From assembly GCA_951406725.2 (NCBI GenBank), contig OX597817.1:68696001-68760000 (forward strand): a DNA stretch of 64,000 bases, written 5' to 3'. A model generated the notes under the pieces. That model was not told the origin of the DNA, made no database searches, and saw nothing but the letters and a program-made list of their open reading frames with translations. Below, piece after piece: positions 50,622 through 64,000 of the stretch. The DNA comes from Octopus vulgaris. Taxonomy: Eukaryota. The translations under genes were made by a program, and so were the position numbers. The number at the start of each line of letters is the position of its first letter. The first letter of the stretch is position 1.

Positions 50622-51396
50622 ATCTGGAGAGCAGAATGTGAGCAATTAGCCAATCATCCTTCACGATTAAATTAGAATGGATGTGTGTTTATGAATCTGT
50701 AGAGAGAGATAAGTTTGTGCATAGGAGAGAAAGGGAGAGAGGATTAGAGGAGGGAAATAGAGAGAGAAAGGGAGAAAGGTGGTAATAGATGAATGGAGAG
50801 AAAAAGGTGGGTATTGGAAGGTAGTTTAAAGCAATGCAATTTACTGTGGTGATGAAAGTTCACTGAACCAGAAGTTCACATGTGTGCGTCCCTCCGTATC
50901 ATTTTGTGGGGTGTATCGGTGAGAAAGCAAGCTCTGCCTTCTTCTAGTAGTTGGAAATTCTTGGCAAATGACGATGCATAGGAAATCTACTTGATTAAAT
51001 GAGGAACTAAACTTAATTATCTACCTCTGCACTTTATGATACTCCCTCCGCTTGTATTGATTTGTGATAGGCTATTATTATTATCATTGATATTATCATT
51101 GTTATTATTGATATCATCATCATCATCATCATCAGGGTGACAAGCTGGTAGAATCATTAGCATGCCAGACAAAATGCTTAGCAGCTTTTCTTCTGGTTTT
51201 ATGTTGAGTTCAAATTCTGAGCCAAATAAAATAATTACCAGTTGAGCACTGGGGTTGATGTAATTTATCAGTCACTTCTCCTAAAATTTCAGGCTTTGTG
51301 CTTGTAAGAGAATTCTTCTTCTTCTTCTTCTTATTATTATTCCTATTATTGTTATTGTTGTTATTATTACCACTACTATTATTATTATTATTATTA

Positions 51397-51762
51397 TTAT
51401 TACCTCCACCTTAGCGAAGGCAGACATATTGTTTTCAGTCGTTTTGTTTGTTTGTTTGTGGACAAGATATCTCAAGAAGCGCTGGATGAATTTGGATGAA
51501 ACTTTCAGGGATGTTTGGCCTCATGACTGGCACAAACTGATTAGGTTTTGGGATCGATCTGGTATCAGTCAAGGATTCTGGATTATTTTTCCTATTTTTT
51601 AACTTTATTTTTGGAGGTTGGTCGAATTCATTTTTAGTATTCTCATTTGTGAGAGCAGTTGAGTTTATTTCAGATATTCGCAATTTTAAAATTCATCTCT
51701 GGCTAATTCACTGAGAGGACGTTGGTGTTACCTAGGCAGAGGTTTGCACTCTCTGAGTGCTC

Positions 51763-51765
<3 letters not shown>
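51397..51765 (+). mobile_element. Helentron-associated non-autonomous element (DINE-1/HINE-like)
   Basis: SubTIR-like TACCTCCACC / GGCAGAGGT, (GTTT)n near the 5' end, TGGATGAATTTGGATGAAACTTT core, 3' hairpin GCACTC-TCT-GAGTGC (51746-51760), TT-rich insertion site. Confidence 0.8.
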
Positions 51766-51825
<60 letters not shown>

Positions 51826-51827
<2 letters not shown>

Positions 51828-52068
51828 TTATGTTTGACTTTTGCTTTATATTTGTACAAGATGGCTCCAAGTCTCACCCAGAGACCTCAAGAGACAACAG
51901 GTTGGAAGTTCATGTTGTTGTTATGCCTAGTGTGCCATATATTTGGTTTTTTTTTTAGTGTTGTACTAGTGAATGTCTAAAAAAAAACATACGAAAATTA
52001 TGTTTGTTTTAAAACTTGAGATTACATAGAAAGTATTTTGCGTAGGATATGAGCAGTTCCCATGAGCA
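51826..52068 (-). mobile_element. R4/Dong-like non-LTR 3' end in (TAA)n
   Basis: Minus strand LMGTAHILRKILSM* (R4-clade C-terminal LLGTA.ILRKVL pattern), then a 3' UTR running into (TAA)n; (TAA)n is also on the other side. Confidence 0.75.
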
Positions 52069-52113
<45 letters not shown>

Positions 52114-52145
52114 GATATTTCATGTCTATACATTCTGGGTCTACA

Positions 52146-52283
52146 CAATCACGCCACACATTTCTCTTACCATTGCTCTCTCAGTCCTTCTCAAAACTGC
52201 CATCTCTCTATCTCGCAAACACCATGTCTCACTCCCATACAGCATTGCAGCTCTTACACAACTCCTATAGACCTTTCCTTTCG
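52146..52283 (-). mobile_element. RTE-type LINE post-RT fragment
   Basis: KGKVYRSCVRAAMLYGSETWCLRDREMAVLRRTERAMVREMCGV, uninterrupted. Confidence 0.85.
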
Positions 52284-53288
52284 AAAAAGGCCTCATGAAT
52301 AGCAATGCCTTCTTTATATTCTTTTTGGTTTATCTTGTTCTGATTGCTTAATCCTACACAGTTTGGATCAAACCCAGTGGTTTTTTTTTTACAAACCTCT
52401 CTTCTTTAGCCATTAACATGATTTCTCATCTCAATATTCTGCAGTACTTTGAAAAACCTTTCTGTGTAAATTTTTCTGCTTATATCATTGCTTTCTAGCT
52501 CCAGCATCAATTCTCTCTTCCTTAAGCTAATGTTTCTTCACCTCTCCTATTATTACTATCAGAACAACCATCATTTTCAGTAATGTACTTCCTTAAACTC
52601 TCCACTGGTACTTCAAAGATGAATTGAGCTGACTGCAATAAATGAACCCATAGTATCATAAAAGGAAGCTGATCAAATTTTGCTTTTTATTTTGGGAGTC
52701 AATAAAACAAGGCATCAGTCAGCTCTGGATCAATTTAAACTGACTGCAGATTTGCCCCAAAATATAACAGACTACCACGGTACACAATAAAGCTTAAAAC
52801 ATTCATCCGGTTATTGGGTTCCTGTGGCAAGTGAAATGGCTCACCATTTTGAGTATTTTTCCATTGCATCAATATTATCTTTTTTGTAGCACTTCAAATT
52901 ACTACCAACACAACATGTGCATCCAGTCATTTACTCACTCAAGCACACAAACACACATACATACTATCTCTTTAAATGTGGACCAAATAAAAGAATTCTC
53001 TATCGTTGCATTCTTTCTTTATTTGACTTATGAGTAATTCCACTTTCTGTTCCTTTTTTTACCCTTTTCTGACAAGTTTTAGTGCATCTAAGGCACTGTA
53101 TGCAGTGAGCACTTTATTATTATATTTTCATTATCTCTACCTGTCATTATTTTTTTCCCTTTTTCCCCAATTTTTATATTGGTTCTTCTGGAAGGAGAGA
53201 CCATGCCTATAGCCTTTACTGGTAGCTTTCTCATTCCTCATTTATCTTCTAACTTCCTTTTATCTCTTTGTTTCTACTTCTGCCTATC

Positions 53289-53325
<37 letters not shown>

Positions 53326-53794
53326 CACACACACACACACACACACAAACACTATCATACTTCATATCTAACTTTGTAACATACACATACACACACAAAA
53401 GAACACTCTCTCCTTCTCTCTCTTTTCTCTCTCTCTCTCTCTCTCTCACTACCTACTATATAAGTCCCTACTCCTTTCTCTTCTATAGTCTCACTTATTC
53501 ATCTCTCTCTTCAAGGTTTAGCTTCCTGCTCTTTCTCCACACACACATCATGCTTCCAACATCAGAACTCGCATTTATAATAGGCTAATGTTAAACATGT
53601 CTCAGGAACTCATGAGCAATGGGTAATTTTGTGACACTTTTCATCTTCCATAATAGATGAGATAGGATTCTAATTACCCACATAACTACTTTCCCATCTC
53701 TCTTCAAAAACAAATATAAAATTAAAAACAAAATTTCAGTACCCTCATCCTTGATAACATAATGTGAATTAAACTGCATGCTGTCTCCTACAGT

Positions 53795-53823
53795 TAGTTG
53801 GTTGGTTGGTTTATGGGTGGATG

Positions 53824-53919
<96 letters not shown>

Positions 53920-53948
53920 TTTAAATAGATAGATAGATTGATATTTAA

Positions 53949-53993
<45 letters not shown>

Positions 53994-54002
53994 CAGACAG
54001 GC

Positions 54003-54033
<31 letters not shown>

Positions 54034-54049
54034 TAGATAGATAGATTGA

Positions 54050-54093
<44 letters not shown>

Positions 54094-54095
54094 TA
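53795..54095. repeat. Compound (GATA)n/(GACA)n microsatellite, representative of many simple repeats in the window
   Basis: Direct inspection; others include (ATT)n 12861-12970, (TA)n 14775-14862, (GA)n 29957-30067 and (TA/GATA)n 47525-47685. Confidence 0.95.
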
Positions 54096-54916
54096 GGTGC
54101 AAGGATGTATGCATAGGTGAATGGGCAGGTATGGAAAAGAGAGAGGGAGAGCATAGAGATAGTGAGAGAATGGAGACAGAGTGAAAGAAAGAAGAATAGA
54201 AGAGAGAGAGTTCCTTAATTATATAGGTGCATTACATAAAACTTCAAGCAACATAGGTAGAAATAAAAGGGAAAGGAAGACAGAGAGAGAGAGAGAGAGA
54301 GATTAAAGAGGGTTAAGGTGAGAGGGACCGAGGCAGAAAGTGAGAGAGGAGGAAAAAAAGAAGAGGATTAAAGAAGGGAGAGAAGTAAGTCTCTTAATTA
54401 CTTACTTTACATAGCAAGAGAGATGGGGAAGTGGAGAAATGGAGAGCAAGAGAGAAATTGGGAGAAAGACAATCAAAGTGGAAGAGAGAGAAGAACTGCA
54501 AGCAAGAGAGAGAGAGAGAGAGAGAGGGGAAAGAGAGGAAGAGAGTAAGAACTCCTTGATTATATAGCCACTCTACATAATAACAGTTTTCTAGTTACTT
54601 GATTTACAAAAGTTCATTTTGATTCTTTCTTCTATTTCTCTATTTATATCTACGTCTATTTGTCAGTACGTCTGTCTGACTATCTGTTTGTTTGTCTGTT
54701 TCGCTGTTGCTTTCGTCTCTGGTTTTGGGGAAATGAATTTTTGTTTTGTTGTGTTTCATTTCAGAAACTGTAACAGTATACTGTATATACAAAAAAAAAA
54801 AATATATATATATATATATATAATGGAGTTGATTTATGTTCCTATCATGAATCCTAAATGTAAATGGAATCAAAAGACAACACAATTTTACCATTCTCTT
54901 CTCTATAAATGGCTGA

Positions 54917-54969
<53 letters not shown>

Positions 54970-54974
<5 letters not shown>

Positions 54975-55471
54975 GGTGGTGCGGTAAGTAGTTTGCTTAC
55001 AAGCCATGTAGTCTTGGGCTCAGTTCCAATGTGTTGCACCTTGGGCAAGTATCTTCGGCTATAGCCCTGGCCTAACCAAAACTTTGTTAGTGGATCTGGT
55101 AGACAAAACCTGAAAGAAATCTATTGTTTCTCTCTCTCTCTCCCTCTCTGCCGCCTTACTGGCTCCCTGTGCTGGTGGCACATAAAGAGCACCATCCAAA
55201 CATGGTCAGTGCCAGCCTTCTGTGCTGGTGGCATGTAAAAAGCATCATCCAAACGTGGCTGATGCCAGTGCTACCTGACTGGCTCCCATGCAGGTGGCAT
55301 GTAAAAAGCACCCACTACAGTCTTGGAGTGATTGGCATTAGGAAGGGCATCCAGCTGTAAAAACCTTGTCAAATCAGACTGGAGCCTGGTGCAACTTCCT
55401 TGCTTGCTAGTCCCCAGTCAAACCGTCCAACCCATGCCAGCATGGAAAACGAACATTAAACGATGATGATG

Positions 55472-55472
<1 letters not shown>
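54970..55472 (+). mobile_element. SINE with family 1 head, internal GGTGGCA.GTAAAAAGCACC-type repeats and (GAT)n tail
   Basis: Family 1 head 54970-55120, three internal repeats 55140-55312, then the AGGAAGGGCATCCAGCTG...AAACGATGATGAT tail. Confidence 0.75.
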
Positions 55473-55526
<54 letters not shown>

Positions 55527-56940
55527 TTTTAAGTTGCAAAAACAGCACAAAAACAGCACAAAACTGTCTGACAAATGGGAACGTGAAACACAGAGTAGCA
55601 GTTTTTGTGAAGTTTTTGCAGCTTTAATACAAAAAGCATATTGCTCTACCTTTGGTATTCAAGTATTATTTTCCCCCCTTGTTTTGCGTTTATGTGCTAA
55701 CTCATGTATGTATGTATGTATGTATGTATGTATGCATCACCAGACATCAGTTGAGGACTCTGCCCCACAGATGAATTCAATATGGTGTGTATATGTATAT
55801 ATATATATATATAGGTATTGCTGTGCGGTAAGAAGTTTGCTTCCCAACCACACTGTTCTGGGTTCAGTTCCACTGTGTGGAATCTTGGGCAAGTGTCTTC
55901 TGCTATAGCCTTGAGTTGACCAAAGCCTTGCAAGTGGCTTTTGTGGACAAAAACTGACAGAAGTGCATCATATATATATAGATAGATCTATGTGTGTCTC
56001 TTTAAGTTTGTGTTTGTGTGCTTCCAGCCACTGCTTGACAACCAGTGTTGGTGTGTTTATGTCTCTGTAAATTAGAAGTTCAGCAAAAGATTGATGGGAT
56101 AAGTATCAGTCTTTAAAAACAGAAATAAGTACTAGGGTTGTTCATTCAACTAACAACTCTACAAGGTGGTACCCCAGCATAGCTGTAGTTTAATGACAGA
56201 AACAAGTAAAAGATTGAAGATATACGCATGTGTGTGTGTGCATATTTGTTTGTGCATACCTTTGTCTAGACATCAAGCAATGGTTGTAACCTATCCCTGT
56301 TTCAAAACAATCTGTTTCCAATATGCATCTTCATAAACAATAAAGCATTTTTAAAATCTGATGATGTGCTGTGATATCTTTAGCACTTTTCTCAGTGCGA
56401 TAGAGGACAAAGAAGGTTGAAAAATCATAGCTATAAAGGACAGTCTATTGTAGATTAAACTGGATACTCGCTAGAATAGTGAAGCATTTACTATCTCCAT
56501 CAAAGACATTGAAGATGAATCAGGGTAGGAAACAATTTTTTGTACCTGTTTGAGCAAAAAACAGATGTTATGATAGTTTATTCTTAACACAGTGGGTGCA
56601 CATTATATATGCATATGACTGCTGCTCACATAAACATGAGCGTATGCATATGTGTGTGTGTGTATATATATGTATCTATATATGTATCCATGTATGTATG
56701 TATGTATGTGTGTATGTATGTATATGTATACATGTAATTCTATGAGATGCGTGTCCAAACAAGAGTGTGTACACAATTGTGAAAATATACAGCTATAATT
56801 GTAACATTAGACATGCATATAAATATGCCAATATAAATATGTGTATGTACCCGTGTACATTCATTTGTATAGATATATCCGTATGTAATGCATAAATGTG
56901 TGTGCATGAGACACAGAAAGACAGATAGCAGGGGAGAGAG

Positions 56941-57032
<92 letters not shown>

Positions 57033-57439
57033 AGAGATGGAGAAAAAGACAGACAGATAGAGAGAGAAGCAAAGAGATAAAATGAGTCTGTATGTTTGAC
57101 TGCATTTAAGCAATCTATTTCAGATACAAAACACACACACACATACAAAAAAAATGAATTTAAGGTAAAAAAAAAAAAACCCAACCTGAGAGAATTTCAA
57201 AGCAGTATTGGTTGTTTTATATCAAACAGATGAAACATTTATTGACTAAAGCATGGTCACAGTGCTTGTGATATTTTTATCAACATAATTTTCTGCATGG
57301 TTGTAAAATTATGAAAAAGGCCTGTAGTGTATTTGAAGTATTATTTCATCAGAGCTTCCAAAGAAATGTATTTTTTTCCCCTCTCCTGAGGTGGTGGTAC
57401 ATGGTACATGGGGGAGAAAGAAATACTTCGTTCATATAT

Positions 57440-57489
<50 letters not shown>

Positions 57490-58050
57490 CATTGCTTTCC
57501 ATTGATTTTATTCTACAGCTGTGTCTGTATATATTGTATATATGCGTGTATATGTGTGTTTAGAAATACAAATAGAATATTAACTATGTATAAAATATGT
57601 ACAATATTTTATTTACAATACATAGGAGCAATGTTTCTGTGTGTGTGTGTGTGTGTATTTGTGTATGTGTGTGTGTGTGTGTAGGTTTGGTGATACAAAC
57701 AAGAAAAATAGAACTTAAAACATGAAGATACATATTTTGAAAATTTTTTTAATATTCTTTTATTTTTTTATTAATAATAAATATGTGTGTGTGCATGTAT
57801 GGGTGTGTGCGTGTATGCATGTGTGTGTGTGTGTGCATGTGTGTACAAACAAACAATGGCATGGAAAAAATATTAACTAATATGTATATTAGCTACCAAG
57901 CTTGTTGGATGAATCGTAGACAGACAAATGCAAAAATGAAAAGCCAACAAAAGAAGCCTCTAAGTGGTCACTCGACCTGTGGAAATAACAGCCAACTCTC
58001 TTTCATATTACACCTGATTGACTTAAAAGAAAAAGAAGAGACAGTGGATA

Positions 58051-59170
58051 ACATGAGGTGGTACCCAAAAATAACTGGAAACGTTCTCTATGAGACAAAC
58101 TCATTGTAGTTTAGACTTCTGCTGCTAGAAGGCACTTGATGCATTCTTTAGGCATCAGTCTGCTGACCGGCAGCAGCATGTAGAATCGTACTGCCACATA
58201 GTGTGTCTTTGTTTGACAGTGCTTCTTCCCTGTTCATCAATTTTTGCAGAGGCTGAAACGAATGGACAGCGTGCTTCCGTGAAATTCTGTTTTATGCTGG
58301 GGATGATGTTGGCCGAAACATCAGCTTATAAGGATGCTGCCATGAGCAAAACGCAAGTTTACGAGTGGTCATTTGTCACTTGAAGGCCAATCTTGTTTAG
58401 GGCAACTGGTGACCTCCTGAACAAACGAATGAAAGCATCACGAAAATTCATGACCTGATCTTGGAGGACAATTGCTGAACAATTGACAAACATGTTGATA
58501 TGACTGGTGCCCTGGAGCTCCTGCCAACGAATTTTCACTGAGGAATTGTGAATCAAAAGAGTTGTAGTAAAATTTGCACCTTGCATGCTCACAGAAGATC
58601 ACAGAAGATCACAGGCAGTCATGGCTAAATACATGTCATGAACTGAAAGAAGAGTTGGAAGTTGATCTAGACCTCTTTTTGAAGGTCATCACTGGTGACA
58701 AAAGCTGGTGCTATGGCTACGACCCAGAAACAAAGCAGTAATCAAGTCAATGGAAGCATTCAATATCACCATGCCCCCCAAAAAGTGCATCAAGTGAAAT
58801 CCAATGTCAAGACAATACTGATTTTTTTTATTGATGCAAAAGGAATTGTGCACACAGAATATGTTCCTCCTGGCCAAACTATTAACCAGACATTTTACTT
58901 GGCAGTTCTGAAGCATTTACAAGACGCGATGAGATGAAAATATCCTCCCCAGTGGCAAAGTGAAGAGTGGTGGTTTCATCCCGACAATGCACCTGCATAC
59001 ACTGCCTTGAGTGTGAAACAGTTTTTGACCCAAAATGACAAGACTCCACTTACCCACCCTCCCTATTCACCCAACCTTGCTCCCTGCAACTTTTTTTTGT
59101 TCCTCCAAATGAAAAAGTCCTTAAAGGAAAACGTTTTGCAGATGTGCAAGAGGTGAAGAAAAAAACATGC
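58051..59170 (+). mobile_element. Mariner (D,D34D) transposon relic, most of the transposase, 3'-truncated
   Basis: TIR-like ACATGAGGTGGTACCCAAAAATAAC; motifs QRASVKFCF, MSKTQVYEW, ITGDKSWCYGYDPETKQ*SSQW, IFFIDAKGIVHTEYVPPGQTIN, HPDNAPA, HPPYSPNLAPCNFF and LKGKRF, with stops and frameshifts. Confidence 0.92.
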
Positions 59171-59826
59171 CCCAGCATGGCCACAGTCTTATGAGTGAAA
59201 CCAGATAAAATAATACAATAATTCCAAACACTCATGAGGCAGGTTACCTGGTTTTCATGACATATAAGTGACTGAGATCACAATATTCCTCCTGTACAGG
59301 ACACCAGTCCATTGCAAGCTTACTAATTTAGAGGTCACTGAACTGGAACAATGTGACATGAAATGTTTTGCTCATGAACACAAAGAACTGCCCAGCCCAG
59401 GAATTGAAACCTCAATCTTACAATTATAAATGCAATACGTGAACCACTAGACCTTCATTAATTACCAATACTCAAAGCAGGAAATCGTGAGAAGGAAGTT
59501 CTTGGTCAATAAAGCCTACATTCTGGTAATTTACTCGGCTTTTCATTTCATTTATACAGCAACAGCAGATAAGAAAAGTATCAATGTCATAGAATAGCAT
59601 TTTCTTTCTCCAAGAACATAATAATAAGTGAATATGCCAGAAATATTTTGCATATATGTACACACATATATGTATATACATCAATACATATTACACACAT
59701 ATTTACAATGAGTCAGAGGTAAAACAAAATATATTTTGTTTGACTACAGCTTATAGATCGAATATTTTAGGAAAATTTATATATATATATATGTACATAT
59801 ACATACACACACTTATATATATATAT

Positions 59827-59867
<41 letters not shown>

Positions 59868-59879
59868 TATGAGTTTGTG

Positions 59880-60212
59880 TTGCAAGATTACTGATGTAAA
59901 ACCATGTGTTAAAACTGATACTGTTGTATTCCGGGATGGTCATTCTTCTTTTTTTTTTGGCCAAATAAACACATGCACTGTATATTCGTTCTTCAGTCAT
60001 TTATTACTTTTCTTATTATAATGGACTAAGCAGAACAGGAGAAAACATGAGGATGGAAAGTGTTGCTAAAGAGGTCATAGATGTGTGACGAAAGATTTCC
60101 AGACAATGGACATGAGCTAAAAGAAGAACAGTAATAAACGTGTGAAGAACTAATATATAGTGCATGTATGTATTTGGCAAAAAAAAAATGACCATCCCAA
60201 AATATAACAATA
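59880..60212. mobile_element. Inverted-repeat cassette, family B, second copy
   Basis: Arms about 59922-60017 and 60115-60212; spacer homologous to 32550-32640. Confidence 0.75.
60061..60105 (+). ncRNA. Minimal hammerhead motif, family B
   Basis: TGTTG CTAAAGA G GTCAT-AGATGT-GTGAC GAAA GATT TC CAGACA; the G5-to-A lesion here is intact in the 32592 copy. Confidence 0.6.
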
Positions 60213-60619
60213 TATGTATAAATATGTTTGTGTGTGTGTGTGAGTATGCATGTTCAAGGCTGTGTATAGGTGCAGGCATGGATGTGTGGTAAGAAGTTAT
60301 CTTCTGAACCACATGATACTGGGTTCAGTCACACTGCATTTCACCTATGGCAAGTGTCTTCTCCTATAGCCCTGGGCCAACCAAAACCTTGTGAGAGGGT
60401 TAGGTAGATGGAACCTGAACTGTTGAATGGAAGGCTGTACCTAAATAACCTTCCTTGTACAGCCATGCTTAGTTCTACGCCTATCATTGTTGGTCGAGGT
60501 ATTAGACAGAGTGCTACCAGAATGACTGGGTGCAAGATGTTGCTGAGGTTATTGCCAGCATTGGTAATCAATGGCAACTTTATGTGTACACACACACACA
60601 CACACATTTATATATATAC

Positions 60620-60960
60620 AGATCATGCAACACTGCATGATTGCAAGAAATTAGCTTTGCTTGCAGAGGATTTGTGAAGAATGGAAAGAAATGAAGCAAG
60701 TATATGCTGGATGTGTAGTATTAATATGAACAATAAAGTGCAAATGAGCTGAAGGTAAAACTGAACAGAAGAGGAAGCAGATATTGTGTGTGAAAGAGAA
60801 AGCTGCATTGGAATGGGCATATAATGCATATGCACAGGACAGCTGTATACAGAATGCTCAAACTGAATGGAACCTGTGGAAGAGAGAGAGAGAGAAACAG
60901 AGAAGGACTTGGTACAAAGTAGTGAGAGCTGATCTCAGGCTGTTTGTACTTCATGAAGGA
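60620..60960 (+). mobile_element. RTE-type LINE C-terminal fragment
   Basis: ERNEASI..WMC..., LHWNGHIMHM, GTCGR and RRTWYKVVRADLR across frameshifts. Confidence 0.7.
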
Positions 60961-62191
60961 CATGATAAACAACCATGCTGATTGGTATTAGGCATCATCA
61001 TCATCATCATCATCCCCTCCTCCCTCCTCCTCCTCCTTTAATGTCTGTTTTTCACGTTGGCATGGGTTAGACAGTTTGACCAGTGCTGGCAAGGTGGAGA
61101 GCTGCACCAGGATCCAGTCTGTTTTGTAATGGTTTCTATGACTTAGGATGTCCTTCTTAATGCTGACCACTTTACAGAGTGTGCTGGATGCTTGCTATGT
61201 GGCACCAACACAAGCGCTTTGCTGTGGTGCTGGGAAAAGTGCTTTTTATGTGGCACTGGCACAGGACTCTTGAAAGCCAATCCTCTTCACCAGGAGGAGT
61301 AGCCTTAACATTTCTGCTGTTAATGTGTTTACATCCCCATAACCTAGTGGTTCAGCAAAAGAGACTGATAGAATGAGTAACAAGCTATAAAATAAAATGC
61401 AAGTACTGGGGGCTAATCCATTTGATTAAAAGTTCTTCGAGGTGGTGCCCCAGCATGTCCACAGTCTAATAAATGAAAGAAGATAAAAGATATAAGATGT
61501 GGAAGCTGGAGAAAACTCAACATCTATGGAAGCATGAACAGTTGAATATAAAACTGTGGTAGTGATAGAGGCTGAAGATAATAATATTTGGCAGAAACAC
61601 TTTTGAACTGTACTCCATCTTTGAATGCTTCTCAATATTTCATCAGACAGTTAGTGCAGCAAGCTTGAAGAATCATTACAATGCCAAACAAAATGCTTAG
61701 CAGCAGTTTGTCTGTTTTTACATTCTGAGTTCAAATTCTGCCAAGGTCAAATTTGCCTTTCATCCTTTCAGGATGATAAAATAAGTACCAGTTGAACATT
61801 GGAGTCGATGTAATTGACTTGTCCCTTCCCTTAAAATTGCTAGTATTATGCCAAAATTTGAAACCAATATATCATTAGACAGGAAAGTAATTCAATGATT
61901 GCTTTGATCCTTTTCAACATGGCAAGAGGACCTTTTCATTTTAACTTGTCAAGAACATGACAACCTCACACTAGTGCTGGTACCATGATAAAATGCAGAG
62001 AAACCATTGCCAAAATGAAATTTACGGACAAGATTTGGGTCTCTGACCTAAGAGATCTGCAGCTCCTGATAAGAACTGATTCAGACAGTGATAGCTAACA
62101 AATATCCAACAAACTTTTGCTAGCATGGAAAGTAGACATAAAACAATGATGATGATTATGTATACACATAAGTTATTTATGTGCATCTCTT

Positions 62192-62257
<66 letters not shown>

Positions 62258-62275
62258 TGTGTGTGTATTTATATA

Positions 62276-62316
<41 letters not shown>

Positions 62317-63807
62317 TTGAAGAAAGATTTTCTTAAAAAATTATTAAATGTTTAAAAGAAAATTTTAAAAAACAGAACAGAATGATGCTAACAGTTTGAA
62401 AATTGTATATACATTTATATGTGTGCATACATATACTTATAAACACACAAACACAAGCTTAACACATATTGGGTGTATTAGTGCATATGCATATATATAT
62501 ATGATATTGTTGCACTTTCATACGTGCACCACTTGCCTGCTCTTGTAACCTAAATACCTATTCTAGTGTATAGTTATTGCTATTCCATTAGGTAACTCAA
62601 TATAAACAGATCTATCTATGTACTGAAGCATATTATTTGAGTATTGTTATGGTTGGATGCTTCCTATGCTACTTATCTACTTCTCCATATATTCTTTATG
62701 ATGAGGTATGGTAAGAGCTAAATAACTAACGTTTGTTTTAGCTTCTGATTACTTTGCAGTCAAAAGACAGCGATATGTCTTCAGTCTTTCTTGGAGGTAA
62801 TAATGAGTTGAAGTATTCACAGAAGGTGATAACTGGTATTAGAATTTTTGTTTGGGTTATTTGTTGGTTGTTGGCAGTTTACTTCTCTAGTATCAGGCCG
62901 GTACTTATTTTCTAGATCACCAGACATCATGATCATGATCATCATCATTTTAATGTCTTCTTTTCCATGTTTGCATGGGTTAGACATAATTCTGTGAAGC
63001 AGATATGCTACAGATGGATGCCCTCCCTGTCACCAACCTTCATTTGTATCTGAAGCAGGCAACATTTCCGCATGAGTGGACATAATTGGTGATGAATAAC
63101 TCCACTTGTATGCTTGCGGTACTCATTAGCAACTATCACATGATACTTCTTTCAGTGTCGGTCTGCCAAACCCACTCACAAGGCTTTGGCTGGCCAGTGG
63201 CCTAGGTAGAAGACACCTGGCCAATATGTCATGCAGTAGTATGAACCCAAAACCACATGGTTGAGAAGCAAACTTCTTAACAACTAACCTCTATCTGCAC
63301 CTATGTAAAGTATATCATAATGGTAACAATAACTTCTAGCATAGGTACAAAAACCACAAATATGTGGTTGATGGCTTAATCCAGTATATCCATCCCAATT
63401 CTTGACTGGTACTTCATTTGATGACACCTCCACCCACCCAAGGGATAAAAAGCAAAGCTGATTCCAATGGGTTTTAATCTCAGAATGTAAAGAGTCAGAA
63501 CAAATCCTGCAAGGCATTTTTTCTGAGGCTCTAATGATTTTGCTAATTCACTGATCTCAATGATAATGATAGTAATTCTTTCTGCTGTAGACACAAAGCC
63601 TGAAATCTTTTAGGGGAGGGGGCTGGTCGACTATAATGACCCCAGTACTCAACTGGTACTTATTTGATCAACCTCGAAAGGATGAAAGGCAAAGCTGACC
63701 TCAGTGGAAATCAAACTCTGAAGACAAATGGATAAAACACCCTTAAGCATATTGTTCAATGCACTAATGATTCTGCCAGCATACCACCTTCATGATAATA
63801 ATAATAG

Positions 63808-64000
63808 GAAGAGCATCATAGCCATGTGTTGAGAGGGATTCTTTGGGGTTTGAATAATTCACCTCTGGAAACATGCGTGTTTCATTCAACACCCTTAAAC
63901 AACCCTTATTCAGGGACCTTTTGAGTGGGATGGGTTACTCGACCAGAAGAAAATTCTAACTGGGCCCCACCTGCAAGGTCATGTGCTGTTTATCTTGATA
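63808..64000 (+). mobile_element. Second copy of the 12463-12860 element, running off the window
   Basis: Reverse-complement match to 12588-12780. Confidence 0.8.

Noticed and set aside
50849-50866. GTGATGA...CTGA C/D-box-like pair
   Set aside because: The boxes are only 7 nt apart, with no terminal stem or guide region.
62560-62880. Possible additional GIY-YIG relics (also 3140-3480 and 48950-49430)
   Set aside because: Only isolated motif fragments across multiple frameshifts; too decayed to call.

Overview
AT-rich, microsatellite-saturated eukaryotic DNA, very probably from an octopus (coleoid cephalopod). That assignment comes from my recognition of the tRNA-derived SINE families and has not been checked by a search. 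I find no intact host protein-coding gene, rRNA, true tRNA or CRISPR array, and almost all supplied ORFs are translations of (TA)n, (CA)n, (ATT)n or (GATA)n repeats. The window looks intronic or intergenic and is built from decayed transposons: three SINE families, RTE and R4/Dong-like non-LTR fragments, three mariner relics, a Buster/Charlie-type hAT relic, Helitron/Helentron pieces and several Penelope-like element (PLE) fragments (GIY-YIG and RT). The main hidden signal is three different families of minimal type-I hammerhead ribozyme motifs with PLE-like context. Family A has five copies, and every copy that retains the motif has a non-canonical CUGUNGA-type core (U at position 6). Family B has a canonical consensus core inside an inverted-repeat cassette (two copies). 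Family C has an 80-nt insert in helix II and sits in a tandem-plus-inverted array abutting a PLE RT fragment. Family A copies abut (TA)n-type tracts, while R4/Dong-like pieces sit in (TAA)n. Several local fold-back or templated duplications are also visible. Coordinates were read by eye, and boundaries of decayed elements are approximate.
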